DNA of 64,000 bases from a virus. Positions within the stretch are counted from its first letter, which is position 1. The number at the start of each line of letters is the position of its first letter. Location of the stretch: the IMG/VR virus record IMGVR_UViG_3300042502_001732, positions 32,001-96,000 of that record; one strand, 5' to 3'. The position numbers and the translations under genes were made by a program. The notes under the pieces are model-generated. The model did not search any database, was not told the DNA's origin, and was given only the letters and a program-made list of their open reading frames with translations. Below, piece by piece: positions 10,324 through 21,253 of the stretch.

Positions 10324-10746
10324 ATGTCAGTTTCAATAGATGTTTTAGCTCCTCAAAAATCACACATAGATCTTTCAGATAAAATGCTACCCAGTGATTT
10401 TGGGTTAGATGATTATCAATTATCAAATTTATTTGATGATGTTATATTAATCGAATATTGTGATTTACATGGTGGTGAAGACGGTTCGGAGTATATTTTA
10501 AGAGGAGGAATTGCAGTTCCTATAAATCAAGTTCACAATGCTTGGAGAAAAGGAAAGGTTATCCTGAATGGACCCAGAGTTCAATATGCTAAAGTTGGAG
10601 ATGTTGTAGTGTTCCCTAATAATATGGGAATTCCAATTACCAATTTAGAAGTTGAAGGTTATGGTAAAATTAAAAATGGACTGTTCATAAATGAACAGAG
10701 GATGTTTGGAATTTGTAAAGTTAACGATAAAGCTAACAATAAATAA
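10324..10746 (+). CDS. GroES-like co-chaperonin
   Basis: GGIAVP...GKVILNGP...KVGDVVVFP GroES pattern; upstream TTGACA-16-TAAATT. Confidence 0.7.
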   Translation: MSVSIDVLAPQKSHIDLSDKMLPSDFGLDDYQLSNLFDDVILIEYCDLHGGEDGSEYILRGGIAVPINQVHNAWRKGKVILNGPRVQYAKVGDVVVFPNNMGIPITNLEVEGYGKIKNGLFINEQRMFGICKVNDKANNK

Positions 10747-10751
10747 TTTAG

Positions 10752-11240
10752 ATGGATCTTCCTAAATTATCTGATATTGTAAAAACAGCATTTGAATTTT
10801 TTAAAAATACAAAAAATTCAATTTTAACAAATATCAATAATAGAAGTAGAAGAAAAATAAGCAGATCTGAATTAAAAAATCTAGTAAGTTCTAACGTTTG
10901 TGAAATTATCTTTTTAAGAAGAACTCCAGAGAGAGCCCCAGTTCCACCTAGAGCGCAATGGAGAAGAATGTTATGTACAAACAGTATTGAAATTTTAAAC
11001 AGTACAAATGGAAAGATATCTTTAAACTTTCGTTTTCCTAAAACTCCTAGAAGGATAGATGAAGTAAAACATAATATAGTTGTAGCTTGGGACATTATAA
11101 TGCAAGATTATAGAAATATAAGTATGGAAAATTGTTATTTGATTCAAACTATTCCAGGAGATGAAACCTTTTGGAAGTATTATAATGAAGTTCTTTATAC
11201 TATGACACCTGCTCAAAAAATGAATTTCATGGATACTTAA
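10752..11240 (+). CDS. DUF2693/WYL-like SH3-fold phage protein
   Basis: EIIFLRR..RRMLCT..VVAWDI...YRNI pattern. Confidence 0.5.
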   Translation: MDLPKLSDIVKTAFEFFKNTKNSILTNINNRSRRKISRSELKNLVSSNVCEIIFLRRTPERAPVPPRAQWRRMLCTNSIEILNSTNGKISLNFRFPKTPRRIDEVKHNIVVAWDIIMQDYRNISMENCYLIQTIPGDETFWKYYNEVLYTMTPAQKMNFMDT

Positions 11241-11241
11241 A

Positions 11242-11568
11242 ATGAACAATATCGATCAACAATTAAAAAAATGTATTTTAAAAAATGTCAATTTTACTAT
11301 TGATAATAAATGTGTACGTTCTGGAAAAGTTAAAGTTTTTAATATAAAGCAATTTTTTATAAAATTTAAAATTTTATCCGACAATATAGAAAAAGAATAT
11401 GAACTTCCATACCCATTTAAATTGGTTGAACTTGAAGATGGCTTTTTGTTTGATTACAGCTTGAGTGCATTTTGCCCACCATCAAATGAAAATTATTATA
11501 AAATGTTAGTTTACGATAAAGGCAATGCATCTAAATTATACAATAATTATCTGTTTATGAAGTTTTAA
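11242..11568 (+). CDS. hypothetical protein
   Basis: 108-aa ORF in tight operon. Confidence 0.6.
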   Translation: MNNIDQQLKKCILKNVNFTIDNKCVRSGKVKVFNIKQFFIKFKILSDNIEKEYELPYPFKLVELEDGFLFDYSLSAFCPPSNENYYKMLVYDKGNASKLYNNYLFMKF

Positions 11569-11572
11569 CAGT

Positions 11573-11600
11573 TTGACATTTTTCCATTTCAGGTTAAGCT
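11573..11600 (+). promoter_or_regulatory. sigma70-like promoter
   Basis: TTGACA-16 nt-TAAGCT ending 7 nt before ATG 11608. Confidence 0.5.
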
Positions 11601-11607
11601 ATTTGAA

Positions 11608-13224
11608 ATGTCTAACTTAATACTTAATTTTCCAGAATCATATACTCCATCATCGTCACAGGTTAAGATTCTAAAAAAAATAGAACAGTCTATTTCAAAC
11701 GGTGAGAAATTCATAGTCTGCAACGCTCCAACAGGATCTGGTAAATCTTTTTTCGCACCAACACTAGCAAAATACATAGGAGGACCAAGCGATACTTGGA
11801 AATCAAGGGTTGATGATTATAGTATTTTTGGAGATAAGGGATCTGAATATGTAAATGAAGAGGATTTGTTCGGAGTTTATGCTTTGACTATTACGAAATC
11901 GTTACAAGATCAATATAAAAGCTCGTTCGATTTTGCATCTGTGTTGAAAGGTCAATCAAACTATCAATGTAATTATGATGATATGTTGACTGTTGATGTG
12001 GCTCCTTGTATATATATACCAACATTAAAAAAAGAATGCTGGAGTTGTAATAGATGTAGTTATTACAACGATAGAAATAAAATGCTCAAAAGTGAATTTG
12101 CAACTTTGAATTATAGTATGTATTTTTCATTACCTGATCATTTAAAGAAAAGAAAAATATTAGTATTAGATGAGGCATCAGAGCTAGAAGAACAATTGGT
12201 AAATCAATTTACATGCGAAATTGATTTAATCTTTTTAAAGAAAACATCAATTAAAATATCAGCTTTTCCATCTGAAGAAAAAGCCATCAATGTGTTGTCT
12301 TGGCTTGGTAATTTATTATCCGAAATAAAAATAAACATTGATTTATATTTGGATTATTTTAAAAACAAAAAAACTAAAAATTCAGAATTTCATAAAAAGA
12401 AATCCGAATATTCTAAACTTTTAAATATTTCTAAAAGTATAGAATTATTAATTGAAACTTATTATGATAGTCAATATATAATCGAACACGGCGATTCTAT
12501 TTTAAAATTCATACCTCTTAAAATTGATAAATTGAGTAAATATTTGTTTGATAATGCGGATCATGTGATACTTTTAAGTGCTACTATAATCGACCCTGTT
12601 AATTTTTGTAATACGTTGGGAATTGCAAAACATTCATATATTGAAGTAGATTCTATTTTTGATTCTGAAAAATCACCTATTTATATTTTAGCGACACAAA
12701 AAATAAATTATAGTAATCTTAAATCATTATTGCCAAAAATTTGTAAACAAATTGAAGGCATTTTAGAAGAACATAAAGAAGAAAAAGGAATTATTCACAC
12801 CCATACTCAATTTATATCTGATTATATTAGAGATAATGTAAATACCGATAGATTTTTATGTAGAGAACTTGGGATATCTAATGATATTATTTTAGAAAAA
12901 CATGTTAAAACTTCAAAACCTACAGTGTTGGTATCACCATCCATGACATATGGTGTAGATTTGAAAGGAGATTTAGCCAAATTTCAAATTGTATTAAAGG
13001 CTCCTTGGTTGCCTACAAAAGATCCAAGAGTTGAAAGAATGATGAAAATTGATAAAAATTGGTATTCTAATAAAATGTTGTGTAATTTAGTTCAAGCCTG
13101 TGGAAGAGGAGTAAGATCTACAGCGGATGAATGCATTACTTATATTTTAGATGGTAGTATATTTGATACTATTGCTAAAAATAAGAAAAAATTACCCAAA
13201 TACTTTTTAGACAGGCTTCAATAA
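11608..13224 (+). CDS. DinG/Rad3-like SF2 DNA helicase
   Basis: APTGSGKS Walker A, LDEA, LSAT, QACGRGVRS; Cys residues compatible with an Fe-S cluster. Confidence 0.88.
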   Translation: MSNLILNFPESYTPSSSQVKILKKIEQSISNGEKFIVCNAPTGSGKSFFAPTLAKYIGGPSDTWKSRVDDYSIFGDKGSEYVNEEDLFGVYALTITKSLQDQYKSSFDFASVLKGQSNYQCNYDDMLTVDVAPCIYIPTLKKECWSCNRCSYYNDRNKMLKSEFATLNYSMYFSLPDHLKKRKILVLDEASELEEQLVNQFTCEIDLIFLKKTSIKISAFPSEEKAINVLSWLGNLLSEIKINIDLYLDYFKNKKTKNSEFHKKKSEYSKLLNISKSIELLIETYYDSQYIIEHGDSILKFIPLKIDKLSKYLFDNADHVILLSATIIDPVNFCNTLGIAKHSYIEVDSIFDSEKSPIYILATQKINYSNLKSLLPKICKQIEGILEEHKEEKGIIHTHTQFISDYIRDNVNTDRFLCRELGISNDIILEKHVKTSKPTVLVSPSMTYGVDLKGDLAKFQIVLKAPWLPTKDPRVERMMKIDKNWYSNKMLCNLVQACGRGVRSTADECITYILDGSIFDTIAKNKKKLPKYFLDRLQ

Positions 13225-13249
13225 TGGATGAAAATCTTAAATAATTTTA

Positions 13250-14446
13250 GTGATTAAATATTCTTATCATCGTGAGCAGTTAGATTTATTGATGCTTTTT
13301 ACATCAGCATTCGATGATACGTTTGTATATAGATATGATTTCAATACCAAAACGCCAGAATCTAAAATTCAAGTTAGATATATTCATGGTCCAAAACAAC
13401 GAGTAATCCATGACATAGTAACAAAAGAGAAAAATCTCACATTACCAGTGGTTTCAATAGAACAAACTGGATTATCGAGAGATCCAGATAGAGTAGTTCA
13501 CAAACATCAAAATATCTATAGACCATTATTAGGAAATGTTTCAAAAGTTGGTAAAATTCCAATGCCTATACCTGTAACTATGGATGTCAAAGTATCTATA
13601 ATTGCAAAATATAAAGAAGATATTGATCAAATTATTCAAAATTTTGCAACCGTTTGCAATCCCTATTTTGTTGTTTCTTGGAAAATTCCAGAAGAATTTG
13701 GATTAGATTTTACTGATGAATTGAGAGTTCAAATCGAATGGGCTGGAAATATTTCATATACAACTCCAACAACATTAGGAATAGATGACAAATATAGAAT
13801 AAGTGCTGATACAACTTTCACTATCAAAGGTTGGCTTTTTCCATCTTTACAAAATCCAGAAGCTCCCATTTATGTTGTCAATACTAAATTTATAAATCAA
13901 AATTTAGCATCAAGAGTAACAGGATACGACGATTATCCATCGTTATCTGCGTCATATGTTGAATCGGATACTGTTATGGTATCGGCATATCCAGAATTTA
14001 CTAATTTTTATTATTCTGTATCTGGTGATATAATACCCTTATTAGCACCTGCAAGATTTAATTATACAGTAAGAAATAATTTCTTGATATTAGGAAAGAG
14101 ATTTGGGTATAATAATACTTGGTATTTGAGTTCTTCAAAACAGGAGTTTTTATTAGACTTTGTAGAAATTAAAACTGCCAAGTTCCCAATCATATCAGCT
14201 TATAAAATTCCTGAGAATTTAATAACTACTTATACAGATAATAATGTAACTATTTCAATTCCAGAAAACTTTTTATCAGGATCATCTGGAGATTTTACTA
14301 TAGTAACTGCCAACAGTGCTGGATGGACATCTTCCAAATATAAATTTTCTATAGATGACATTAATAATAAAAATATGTATATTCAACCAGATTTGATTAG
14401 TACATATTATCAACCAAACAGTGCAAATACATATATTAGACCTTAA
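13250..14446 (+). CDS. tail terminator/sheath stabilizer (gp15-like) with C-terminal extension
   Basis: IQVRYIHGPKQR, LPVVS, D.DQIIQNF, FTIKGWLF; TAAATA upstream. Confidence 0.65.
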   Translation: MIKYSYHREQLDLLMLFTSAFDDTFVYRYDFNTKTPESKIQVRYIHGPKQRVIHDIVTKEKNLTLPVVSIEQTGLSRDPDRVVHKHQNIYRPLLGNVSKVGKIPMPIPVTMDVKVSIIAKYKEDIDQIIQNFATVCNPYFVVSWKIPEEFGLDFTDELRVQIEWAGNISYTTPTTLGIDDKYRISADTTFTIKGWLFPSLQNPEAPIYVVNTKFINQNLASRVTGYDDYPSLSASYVESDTVMVSAYPEFTNFYYSVSGDIIPLLAPARFNYTVRNNFLILGKRFGYNNTWYLSSSKQEFLLDFVEIKTAKFPIISAYKIPENLITTYTDNNVTISIPENFLSGSSGDFTIVTANSAGWTSSKYKFSIDDINNKNMYIQPDLISTYYQPNSANTYIRP

Positions 14447-14454
14447 ATATAATT

Positions 14455-14913
14455 ATGTCAGATATTGTAGTAAGCCAACATATTGATGATCTTTTAAGAA
14501 GTTCAAGCGCTTCTGGATCTAGAAATGTATTAAATGTTCCTAGTGTATCGGAAGTTCCAACTATTCAAAGTTTCAACGCACTTTCTGAATCTGTAGCTAG
14601 AATAGATGGATCTCTTATAAACGTTCTTAGTCTCAGTGGAGATACTTATACATTACAATTATCTAATTTAGGAGCTTACATAAGAAAATTTCATAGTTCT
14701 CCTCATACTATTATCATACCTAATTCATCTGATGTTTCGTTTCAGGTTGGTAGTACGTTTGTAATTAGAAACACAAGTTCAAGCAGCTTAACCATATCAA
14801 GCGGACCTACAGTATCATTAAGTTATTTTGCAGACTTGAGTGCTAATATATTAGATCAATATGCTTCTGCTCAAATAGTTTGTGTTGGAACAGATAACTG
14901 GGATATAATTTAA
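14455..14913 (+). CDS. putative virion/fibre-associated protein
   Basis: IIIP..F.VG...QYASAQIVCVGTDNW fibre-tip-like module; TAAATA upstream. Confidence 0.5.
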   Translation: MSDIVVSQHIDDLLRSSSASGSRNVLNVPSVSEVPTIQSFNALSESVARIDGSLINVLSLSGDTYTLQLSNLGAYIRKFHSSPHTIIIPNSSDVSFQVGSTFVIRNTSSSSLTISSGPTVSLSYFADLSANILDQYASAQIVCVGTDNWDII

Positions 14914-14914
14914 T

Positions 14915-17884
14915 ATGAGAATATCAACAGCTTCTAGATACAAGTTTTTAAAAGATTATAGAATAGGAGTTCCTGAATTATTGTCAGAAACATCCTATAG
15001 TGGTAATATTATTTTTAATGAAAGTGATTTAAGAAAAAGCATTGGATGGTTAGCTAATACCGCTGTAAGACAAGTCGGTACCACTTTCACTGGATTGTTT
15101 TTTCTCGATAGACAGGGTGATGCTGTATCAATTAATACTGAGGGTGATGTTGTTGCTGTAGGAGCTTCAAATGGTAGAACAACAGATATCGGATATACCA
15201 GAATATTTAGACTTACTTCTTATTCTGGTAATGGGTCTTGGGGTCAAATAGGGCAAACTATTGATGGTGAGGCATCGGGAGATTTCAGTGGTTTTTCTGT
15301 TTCTTTAAACAATATTGGTGATAGAGTAGCTATAGGAGCAAGGGGGAATGATAATATTGGTGGAGTTGATAGTGGACATGTGAGAGTATATCAATTAAGT
15401 ACATTTGGTAGTAATAATTCCTGGGTTCGGTTGGGTCAAGATATCGACGGGGAAGCTGCGGCAGATCAATTTGGATCTACAATAGATTTGAATGGTGAAG
15501 GGAATATATTAGCAACGGGTACACCTTTTAATGATAGTTATGGTTCTAGTTCTGGTCGCGTAAAAATATATCAATTAAGTTCATTCGATGTTAATAATTC
15601 TTGGGTGCAAATTGGACAAAATATAGACGGTGAAAGTGGAGATAGTGCAGGAACAAACGTGTCCTTAAATAACGCAGGTGATAGAATAGCTGTATCCTTC
15701 CCTTACCGCGCAGTTAACGGCTTTAATAATTCTGGAATAGTTAAGGTTTTTAATTTAAGCGCATATAGTGGCAATTATACTTGGGTTCAAGTAGGGCAAG
15801 ATATAACAGGTATTGCAGAAGAGTATGGATACTTCGGTATCGGTGGTATATCAATGAATTATAGTGGTGATAGGATAGCTATAGGTTCTAATCAAAGTGG
15901 TAATGGATTAGTAAGTGTTTATGAATTAAGTGGTAATAATTGGTTACAGGTAGGCCAGTTTATAACTGGGCAGCAGACTAATGAGAGTTTTGGTAATGAA
16001 ATATCTATTAATGATGCTGGAGATAAAATAGCAGTGACTTCAAATCTTTATGTATCTGATAGTGGATATCAAAGTTGCTTGAGATTATATCAATTAAGTT
16101 CTTACAACAATTTAAACACTTGGGTGCAAGAAGGATTAACTTTAGATTCTAACACAAATAACGGTGAATTTAATAAAATTAAGATGAATGGTTCTGGTGA
16201 TACATTTATTGTAGGTGGTCCATTTGCAACTTCACGTGGTAATGCGAAAGTATTTAAAACCTATTCGCAAAAAACAGATAATTTATATACAGGATTTAAT
16301 GATGATCTTATACAGGCTTCTAGACCAAGATGGAAATATCCAAACAATTTAAATATATATGGAGGTTGGTATAATAATTATACAAATAGCTTTTTAACAG
16401 ACCTGCAAAATATAACATTTTCTGCTCCTACAAGTTCGAATTTTTTTACGGAAATACCAGCGTTAACAGCTATAAATCAAGCTCAGGGTATAAAGTGGGT
16501 AGAAATAGCAACTAAAAAAAATACTTCAATTACATTATCTTCAACTCCATCTTCAGCAATATATTTTAAAAGAAATGGATTTAATATTAGATTAAAAACA
16601 ACACCTCAAGTATCATGGATTTATAATTCGAATTTATATAAAGATACTGCACTAGGTTTTTCTCTTGGTGTTGAATACGCGCCAGATATAGTAGTCAATA
16701 ATATTTTTTGTAATCTAGCTCCATTAAACACCACCTTTTCTGCCTTTAGCGCAAATTATGATAACTGGTTTGTAAATTTTTCTTCGGAAATTCAACCCAT
16801 TTCTGGTGTTGATAGATGGCTTCTAAACAATACAAATTACATTAATTCAAAAACCATAACTCTAACAGCCAACAACCAATATATACGCTATCAACCACTA
16901 GGCATCTCTTATAAAAACTTATCATCTTTATCTGCATCTAGTGAATTTAATGTATATGTAAATTCAAATATATTAGATTTTGGTTTAAAATCAACATCAT
17001 CGCTACGATCAAGACTTACAAGCGTCACTCCATTAACATCTACAAGAAATGTATTTACAACTTACAACCGAACAACTAATACCTTTATAAGAAATCCAAA
17101 TCTTTGGTGTGCTGATTTAACAGATCAATTAACAGCTCTTGTTGTTCAAAAATTGGGAGAAGCTGTATTTTCATACGGCGGTACTCTAATAACACCAAGA
17201 CACTTATTATATGTTCAACATGCTTTTCCTAGAACTGACAGAGTAAGATTTGTAAGATCAGACAATACTGTTATTTCAGCAGCGCCATTAGCATCTTCTG
17301 ATAGTACAACGTATAAAAATGATTTTCCAATAGCATCGCTCTCCTCAGTAGATAGTCTATATACAGATATTGGTATTGTTGTACTTGATAGAGATGTATC
17401 TTTATCTGGTATTCATGTAATGCCGATAGCAGCGATTACTCCAACAGAAAGAGAAATATTAAATCAACAATTTATACCTACACTTTTGTGTACGCAAGCT
17501 CCAGGTAGATCTACTGGGTCATCAAATCCAAATGCGGTTAGTGCGAGCGATATTCAGATGACTATAAGTTCAACTAACTTTTTAAATATGACCACAGCAT
17601 GGGAATCTCAAAGCGCAAACCCGTTTTTAAATTGGGATGTGATGGGAGCTGGAGGATCAGGGTATACTATTTGGGACGGTGACAGTGGCAATTCTCATTT
17701 ATTATTCTGTAATGATAAACTTTATGTTTATAGCATTACTTTTTCCTTTACAGGTAGAGGTGCTATTGTTTCAGCACTTTCGGGAGCTATAAACTACTTA
17801 ATAGACAAAGCAGATCAATTAGCGGGTATTACTACTAATATGAAACCAACATATTACACTATAGAGCAGATTGCGAATAGATGA
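14915..17884 (+). CDS. virion protein with FG-GAP-like repeats and a C-terminal trypsin-like serine protease domain
   Basis: Repeated WxQxGQxIDGE..D.G..V.LN..G.R.AxG units; GGTLITPRHLLYVQH, TDIGIVVL, GDSG. Confidence 0.7.
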   Translation: MRISTASRYKFLKDYRIGVPELLSETSYSGNIIFNESDLRKSIGWLANTAVRQVGTTFTGLFFLDRQGDAVSINTEGDVVAVGASNGRTTDIGYTRIFRLTSYSGNGSWGQIGQTIDGEASGDFSGFSVSLNNIGDRVAIGARGNDNIGGVDSGHVRVYQLSTFGSNNSWVRLGQDIDGEAAADQFGSTIDLNGEGNILATGTPFNDSYGSSSGRVKIYQLSSFDVNNSWVQIGQNIDGESGDSAGTNVSLNNAGDRIAVSFPYRAVNGFNNSGIVKVFNLSAYSGNYTWVQVGQDITGIAEEYGYFGIGGISMNYSGDRIAIGSNQSGNGLVSVYELSGNNWLQVGQFITGQQTNESFGNEISINDAGDKIAVTSNLYVSDSGYQSCLRLYQLSSYNNLNTWVQEGLTLDSNTNNGEFNKIKMNGSGDTFIVGGPFATSRGNAKVFKTYSQKTDNLYTGFNDDLIQASRPRWKYPNNLNIYGGWYNNYTNSFLTDLQNITFSAPTSSNFFTEIPALTAINQAQGIKWVEIATKKNTSITLSSTPSSAIYFKRNGFNIRLKTTPQVSWIYNSNLYKDTALGFSLGVEYAPDIVVNNIFCNLAPLNTTFSAFSANYDNWFVNFSSEIQPISGVDRWLLNNTNYINSKTITLTANNQYIRYQPLGISYKNLSSLSASSEFNVYVNSNILDFGLKSTSSLRSRLTSVTPLTSTRNVFTTYNRTTNTFIRNPNLWCADLTDQLTALVVQKLGEAVFSYGGTLITPRHLLYVQHAFPRTDRVRFVRSDNTVISAAPLASSDSTTYKNDFPIASLSSVDSLYTDIGIVVLDRDVSLSGIHVMPIAAITPTEREILNQQFIPTLLCTQAPGRSTGSSNPNAVSASDIQMTISSTNFLNMTTAWESQSANPFLNWDVMGAGGSGYTIWDGDSGNSHLLFCNDKLYVYSITFSFTGRGAIVSALSGAINYLIDKADQLAGITTNMKPTYYTIEQIANR

Positions 17885-17946
17885 TAAACTATTTTTATTA
17901 GTATAATTCGGAATTGATATTTAGTAATTTAGCCTAAATAAGATAT

Positions 17947-19779
17947 ATGGCAGGGTCTGACAGTTCCACAACAGCAAATTCAAATAGAAATTTTGTATCC
18001 AGAGATGGGAGAAGTGCAACTTTTGACAGATCCATGACTTCTTATTTGAATTCAAGAAGTACAAATTCTTATGATATTTTAGATTCTGACGAAAATAAAA
18101 ATACAAAATACAAGTATTTCAAAAAGGTTGGAATGCGAAGAGCGGAAGCAATTTCCAAAAATTCAATAGCATTAAGCAACGATTTTAATAACACTGCATA
18201 TGGAATGATGCATAAAGATTCATCATTCGGTGATGTGATGTATGCAACCGTTTCAGAAGATAAACCAGGAAGATTAAGAGATTATAGATCAATAGCTGCA
18301 TATTCTGAAGTTTCAGATGCATTAGATGAAATTTGCGACGAGTGTGTAAATTATGATGAAAATTCAAATATATTGAAACTTTTATTTGTAAATGATAATT
18401 TAAAGTCTATTGAAAAAGAAAAAATAGCCGACGAATTTGATAAATTTATAGATCATTTTGATTTTAAAAATAAAGGATGGAGATATTTTAGACAATTCTT
18501 AATAGAAGGTGAACTGTATTTTGAAAATATAATCCACGAAGATTATACAAAACAAGGCATTTTAGCTGTTCAAAATTTACCAGCCGATAATATAGATCCT
18601 GTATATGCTAATATACAAAACATGTTGATTAAAGGATTTTTATATAAAAAACCTGTTTTTGATCCAAACGATCCGAAAAAAGTTGAAAGATTTGAATATA
18701 TACCATTTGAAGAAAATCAAATTATATATGTCAACAACGAAGCTTACAATGAAACAAAAGAATTTGTAGTTCCATTTGTTGAAAATTGCAGACGCGCATA
18801 TCGTCAATTATCAATGATTGAAGATAGTGTTGTTATACATAGATTAGTACACGCTCCTCTTCGTTTTATGTTTAATGTGGACGTTGGTAGAATGCCAGTT
18901 CCACAAGCAGAATCATATCTTCGTAAATTACAACAACAATATTGGTCTACAAAAACATTTGATTCTGATCAAAATGATATTGTTAAAAAATATAATCCAC
19001 AGTCAATGTTGGATAGTTATTGGTTTGCAAAACGTCAAGGTCAAGAAGCTACATCAGTTCAAACTTTCGGAGGACAACCAAGCGATGGCAATTTAGATGT
19101 TTTGGATTGGTTCCTTAGAAAGCTTTATCGTTCTTTAAAAGTACCAACAAGTAGATTGAAAGATGATAGCGGATTATCAGACGGTTCTCAAATTTTAAAT
19201 GAAGAATTGAAATTTGCAAAAATGATAGTTCGCCAACAACAAAAATTTGCAGCAGCTATTAAAAAAGGATTTATTACTCACATCAAACTTCGTGGAATGT
19301 TCGACGAATATGATGTCGAAGAACAAAACATCGATATTTCTTTTGTTCCACCTGGAACATTTTTCGAAATGAGAGAAAATCAAAAGAAACAATTGAAAGT
19401 TGAAATGTATGGTAGTGTTATGAATACACAAAATATTTCTGACACTTTTGCAAAGAAAAAATATTTGGGCTGGAGTGATAAAGATGTGTTGGCTGATAGA
19501 GAATTTAGACGATCTGATGCTGCATTTACTTGGGAACTTCAACAAATTTCATCAGCTGGACCAAATTGGAAAGCACAATTATTACAAGGTGCTGCAGAAC
19601 CAGCGGCGGCTGGAGAAGCTCCAGAAATGGGCGGCGGTATTGGTGGTGGAATGCCTCCTGATTTTGGAGGAGGTCCAGCGGCAATTGGTGGAGAGACAGG
19701 AGCACCACCTCCTCAAGAAGAACCATTTGGAGGAGAAACTAATACAGAACCACCACCTGGAGAAGGAACCCCAGCTTAA
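17947..19779 (+). CDS. portal protein (T4 gp20-like)
   Basis: EDSVVIHRLVHAP.R.FNVDVG.MP..AE.YL, LYRSLKVPTSRL. Confidence 0.95.
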   Translation: MAGSDSSTTANSNRNFVSRDGRSATFDRSMTSYLNSRSTNSYDILDSDENKNTKYKYFKKVGMRRAEAISKNSIALSNDFNNTAYGMMHKDSSFGDVMYATVSEDKPGRLRDYRSIAAYSEVSDALDEICDECVNYDENSNILKLLFVNDNLKSIEKEKIADEFDKFIDHFDFKNKGWRYFRQFLIEGELYFENIIHEDYTKQGILAVQNLPADNIDPVYANIQNMLIKGFLYKKPVFDPNDPKKVERFEYIPFEENQIIYVNNEAYNETKEFVVPFVENCRRAYRQLSMIEDSVVIHRLVHAPLRFMFNVDVGRMPVPQAESYLRKLQQQYWSTKTFDSDQNDIVKKYNPQSMLDSYWFAKRQGQEATSVQTFGGQPSDGNLDVLDWFLRKLYRSLKVPTSRLKDDSGLSDGSQILNEELKFAKMIVRQQQKFAAAIKKGFITHIKLRGMFDEYDVEEQNIDISFVPPGTFFEMRENQKKQLKVEMYGSVMNTQNISDTFAKKKYLGWSDKDVLADREFRRSDAAFTWELQQISSAGPNWKAQLLQGAAEPAAAGEAPEMGGGIGGGMPPDFGGGPAAIGGETGAPPPQEEPFGGETNTEPPPGEGTPA

Positions 19780-20072
19780 CTACAAAATTTTACACAATTG
19801 AATGAGGATGAATAATAAAATCCAGTTCCATTATTTGATGCGAAATTAAATCCTGGTGTGCTGGCATCAACACATTGATAAAAATAATACGTTGTTCCAT
19901 TGTTTGAAGATACATGATTATATCTGGTTGATTGTCCCCATAAAATAAAATCATTGGCTGAGAGATAATAATATCTGGAACCATTATTTGCTTGTAAATC
20001 GATACCTATTTGACTAAGAACTCCGCAAGATATCGGAAAATAGAAAGTTCCATTATTATCGGTTATTGCCAC
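19776..20072 (-). CDS. small protein with NNG repeats
   Basis: GTG start with TAAATA 6 nt upstream; four xNNGx-aromatic repeats. Confidence 0.55.
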   Translation of the reverse strand: MAITDNNGTFYFPISCGVLSQIGIDLQANNGSRYYYLSANDFILWGQSTRYNHVSSNNGTTYYFYQCVDASTPGFNFASNNGTGFYYSSSFNCVKFCS

Positions 20073-20109
20073 AATATTATTTAATTAAAGCAATAGATTA
20101 AATACATTT

Positions 20110-21252
20110 ATGTCTCAATTGTGCCAAATAAGTCCGATATCAGCATTCATGTCAACGAATTTAAATTCAAAGATAGAATGTTTTCAGCAATTGGGAGAGC
20201 GTATCATGAGAATGTTGGGACATCCAATTATAAATGTAGAAATTCATCCTGATCAATTATATGATTCTATTTCAATGGCAGTTGAGTTTTTTACAAAGTA
20301 TGCTGGTTACACTCAAGAATATTTGATATTTGATAGTAATTTATACGAATCAAACAAAGGTATAAGGCTTGATCATTTATTTACAGTTGCAAATACTGGA
20401 TTTACATTGAGTCAAAAATTACAACAACCAAATAGATCAAATCCAGATTTTACTGTTGATATTCCAGAAGCATTGTATGTATCATTATCTTCAATTCCAC
20501 AATCTTATTTTTCAGCGAGTAGTGCATTGAGTTCTGCAGTTGCATCAGATGGAATTTACGAAATGCAAATAATTAACTCTGAAATATATAATCAATTTAT
20601 ATCATACAATCCTCAGCTGAGTGCGCATTTTAAAATGTCTCCTCAAAGAAAGATATCTTCTCAATGTCAAAACATAGAAAATGCAACTCAATACAATAAC
20701 ATGTTTGATTATGATGTGATGGATTATAGAAAAGTAATGTCTGTTACTGATTTTGAAGAAGGAAGCAATCAAGGTATAAATACATTATTCACCTTAGAAC
20801 AAACACTTGCACAACAAACATATTTTAGTTATGCTATGGGTAATTATGGTTTTGATTTACTTTCATGGCATACTATGAAAGATTGGATTGAAACAAGAGA
20901 AAAGCTTTTAGCAATTCGTAGAGATATACATTTTGATGCAAGAACACAATATCTAAAATTCTATCCGCAACCAAAAAATACAAGATTCTATGGTGTAATT
21001 TCTTGTTATGTTGAAAGACCAATAAGAGACATAATCAAAGAAAAATGGGTATTGGAATACAGTGTAGCATTAGCTAAAGTAATGTGGGGAAGAATCCTTA
21101 CAAAAATAACAGGAGTTTCATTACTTGGTGGTGGAAATTTCAACGGTGATACTATTCTCGCAGAAGGTATCAGAGAAAAAGAAGCATTGGAAACAATGTT
21201 GGTCGAAGGTGGATACGGAGATTTTGCACCTGTCTCGCTACTAGTTGGATAA
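20110..21252 (+). CDS. neck protein (gp13-like)
   Basis: LGHPIINVEI..DQ.YD.I; W..EY..AL.K..WG..L.K..GV.L.GG. Confidence 0.85.
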   Translation: MSQLCQISPISAFMSTNLNSKIECFQQLGERIMRMLGHPIINVEIHPDQLYDSISMAVEFFTKYAGYTQEYLIFDSNLYESNKGIRLDHLFTVANTGFTLSQKLQQPNRSNPDFTVDIPEALYVSLSSIPQSYFSASSALSSAVASDGIYEMQIINSEIYNQFISYNPQLSAHFKMSPQRKISSQCQNIENATQYNNMFDYDVMDYRKVMSVTDFEEGSNQGINTLFTLEQTLAQQTYFSYAMGNYGFDLLSWHTMKDWIETREKLLAIRRDIHFDARTQYLKFYPQPKNTRFYGVISCYVERPIRDIIKEKWVLEYSVALAKVMWGRILTKITGVSLLGGGNFNGDTILAEGIREKEALETMLVEGGYGDFAPVSLLVG

Positions 21253-21253
21253 T

